The position numbers and the translations under genes were made by a program. Below the pieces are notes generated by a model. That model did not search any database. It was not told the DNA's origin and saw only the letters and a program-made list of their open reading frames with translations. Below, one piece after another: positions 63,370-64,000 of a stretch of DNA of 64,000 bases. The DNA comes from Gammaproteobacteria bacterium (GTDB taxonomy: Bacteria; Pseudomonadota; Gammaproteobacteria; JAADGQ01). Numbering within the stretch: the stretch's first letter is position 1; every line of letters begins with the position of its first letter. The stretch spans positions 6,219-70,218 of the forward strand of contig JAADGQ010000131.1 of the NCBI GenBank assembly GCA_013152295.1, given 5' to 3'.

Positions 63370-64000
<631 letters not shown>

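Overview
This is a 64-kb gammaproteobacterial chromosomal segment, GC-rich (roughly 58-60%), with dense coding on both strands. The backbone is conserved housekeeping synteny: ispE; ispB with an abutting tRNA-Pro(CGG); rplU-rpmA-obgE-proB; sdhE-ygfX-pgpA-thiL; putA; a complete ccmABCDEFGHI cytochrome-c maturation operon; serS-(DUF190)-crcB-rarA-lolA-ftsK and the 5' end of trxB. Three accessory or sensory blocks interrupt it. (1) A PEP-CTERM/exosortase exopolysaccharide locus: TPR lipoprotein PrsT, an XrtA-EpsI fusion exosortase, sigma-54 regulator PrsR, kinase PrsK and a priming sugar transferase, followed by UDP-sugar dehydrogenase/epimerase genes and an isolated PEP-CTERM substrate gene that carries its own -24/-12 (sigma-54) promoter. 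(2) A CcoG/FixG-like polyferredoxin operon with a c-type cytochrome lipoprotein and two small proteins, not linked to ccoNOQP. (3) A signalling block: hybrid histidine kinase with a COG2984-type binding protein, an orphan CheY, a protoglobin-roadblock/LC7 two-gene unit, a GGDEF(degenerate)-EAL protein, and two secreted Reg_prop beta-propeller proteins translationally coupled to a periplasmic cytochrome c. Other points of interest are a promoter-to-terminator bracketed candidate small RNA downstream of ispE, a frameshifted SDR gene (4-bp duplication), a DedA-FAD oxidoreductase fusion, and an inverted-plus-direct repeat operator in a divergent promoter region. No CRISPR array, IS element, integrase or obvious phage-defence island was seen.
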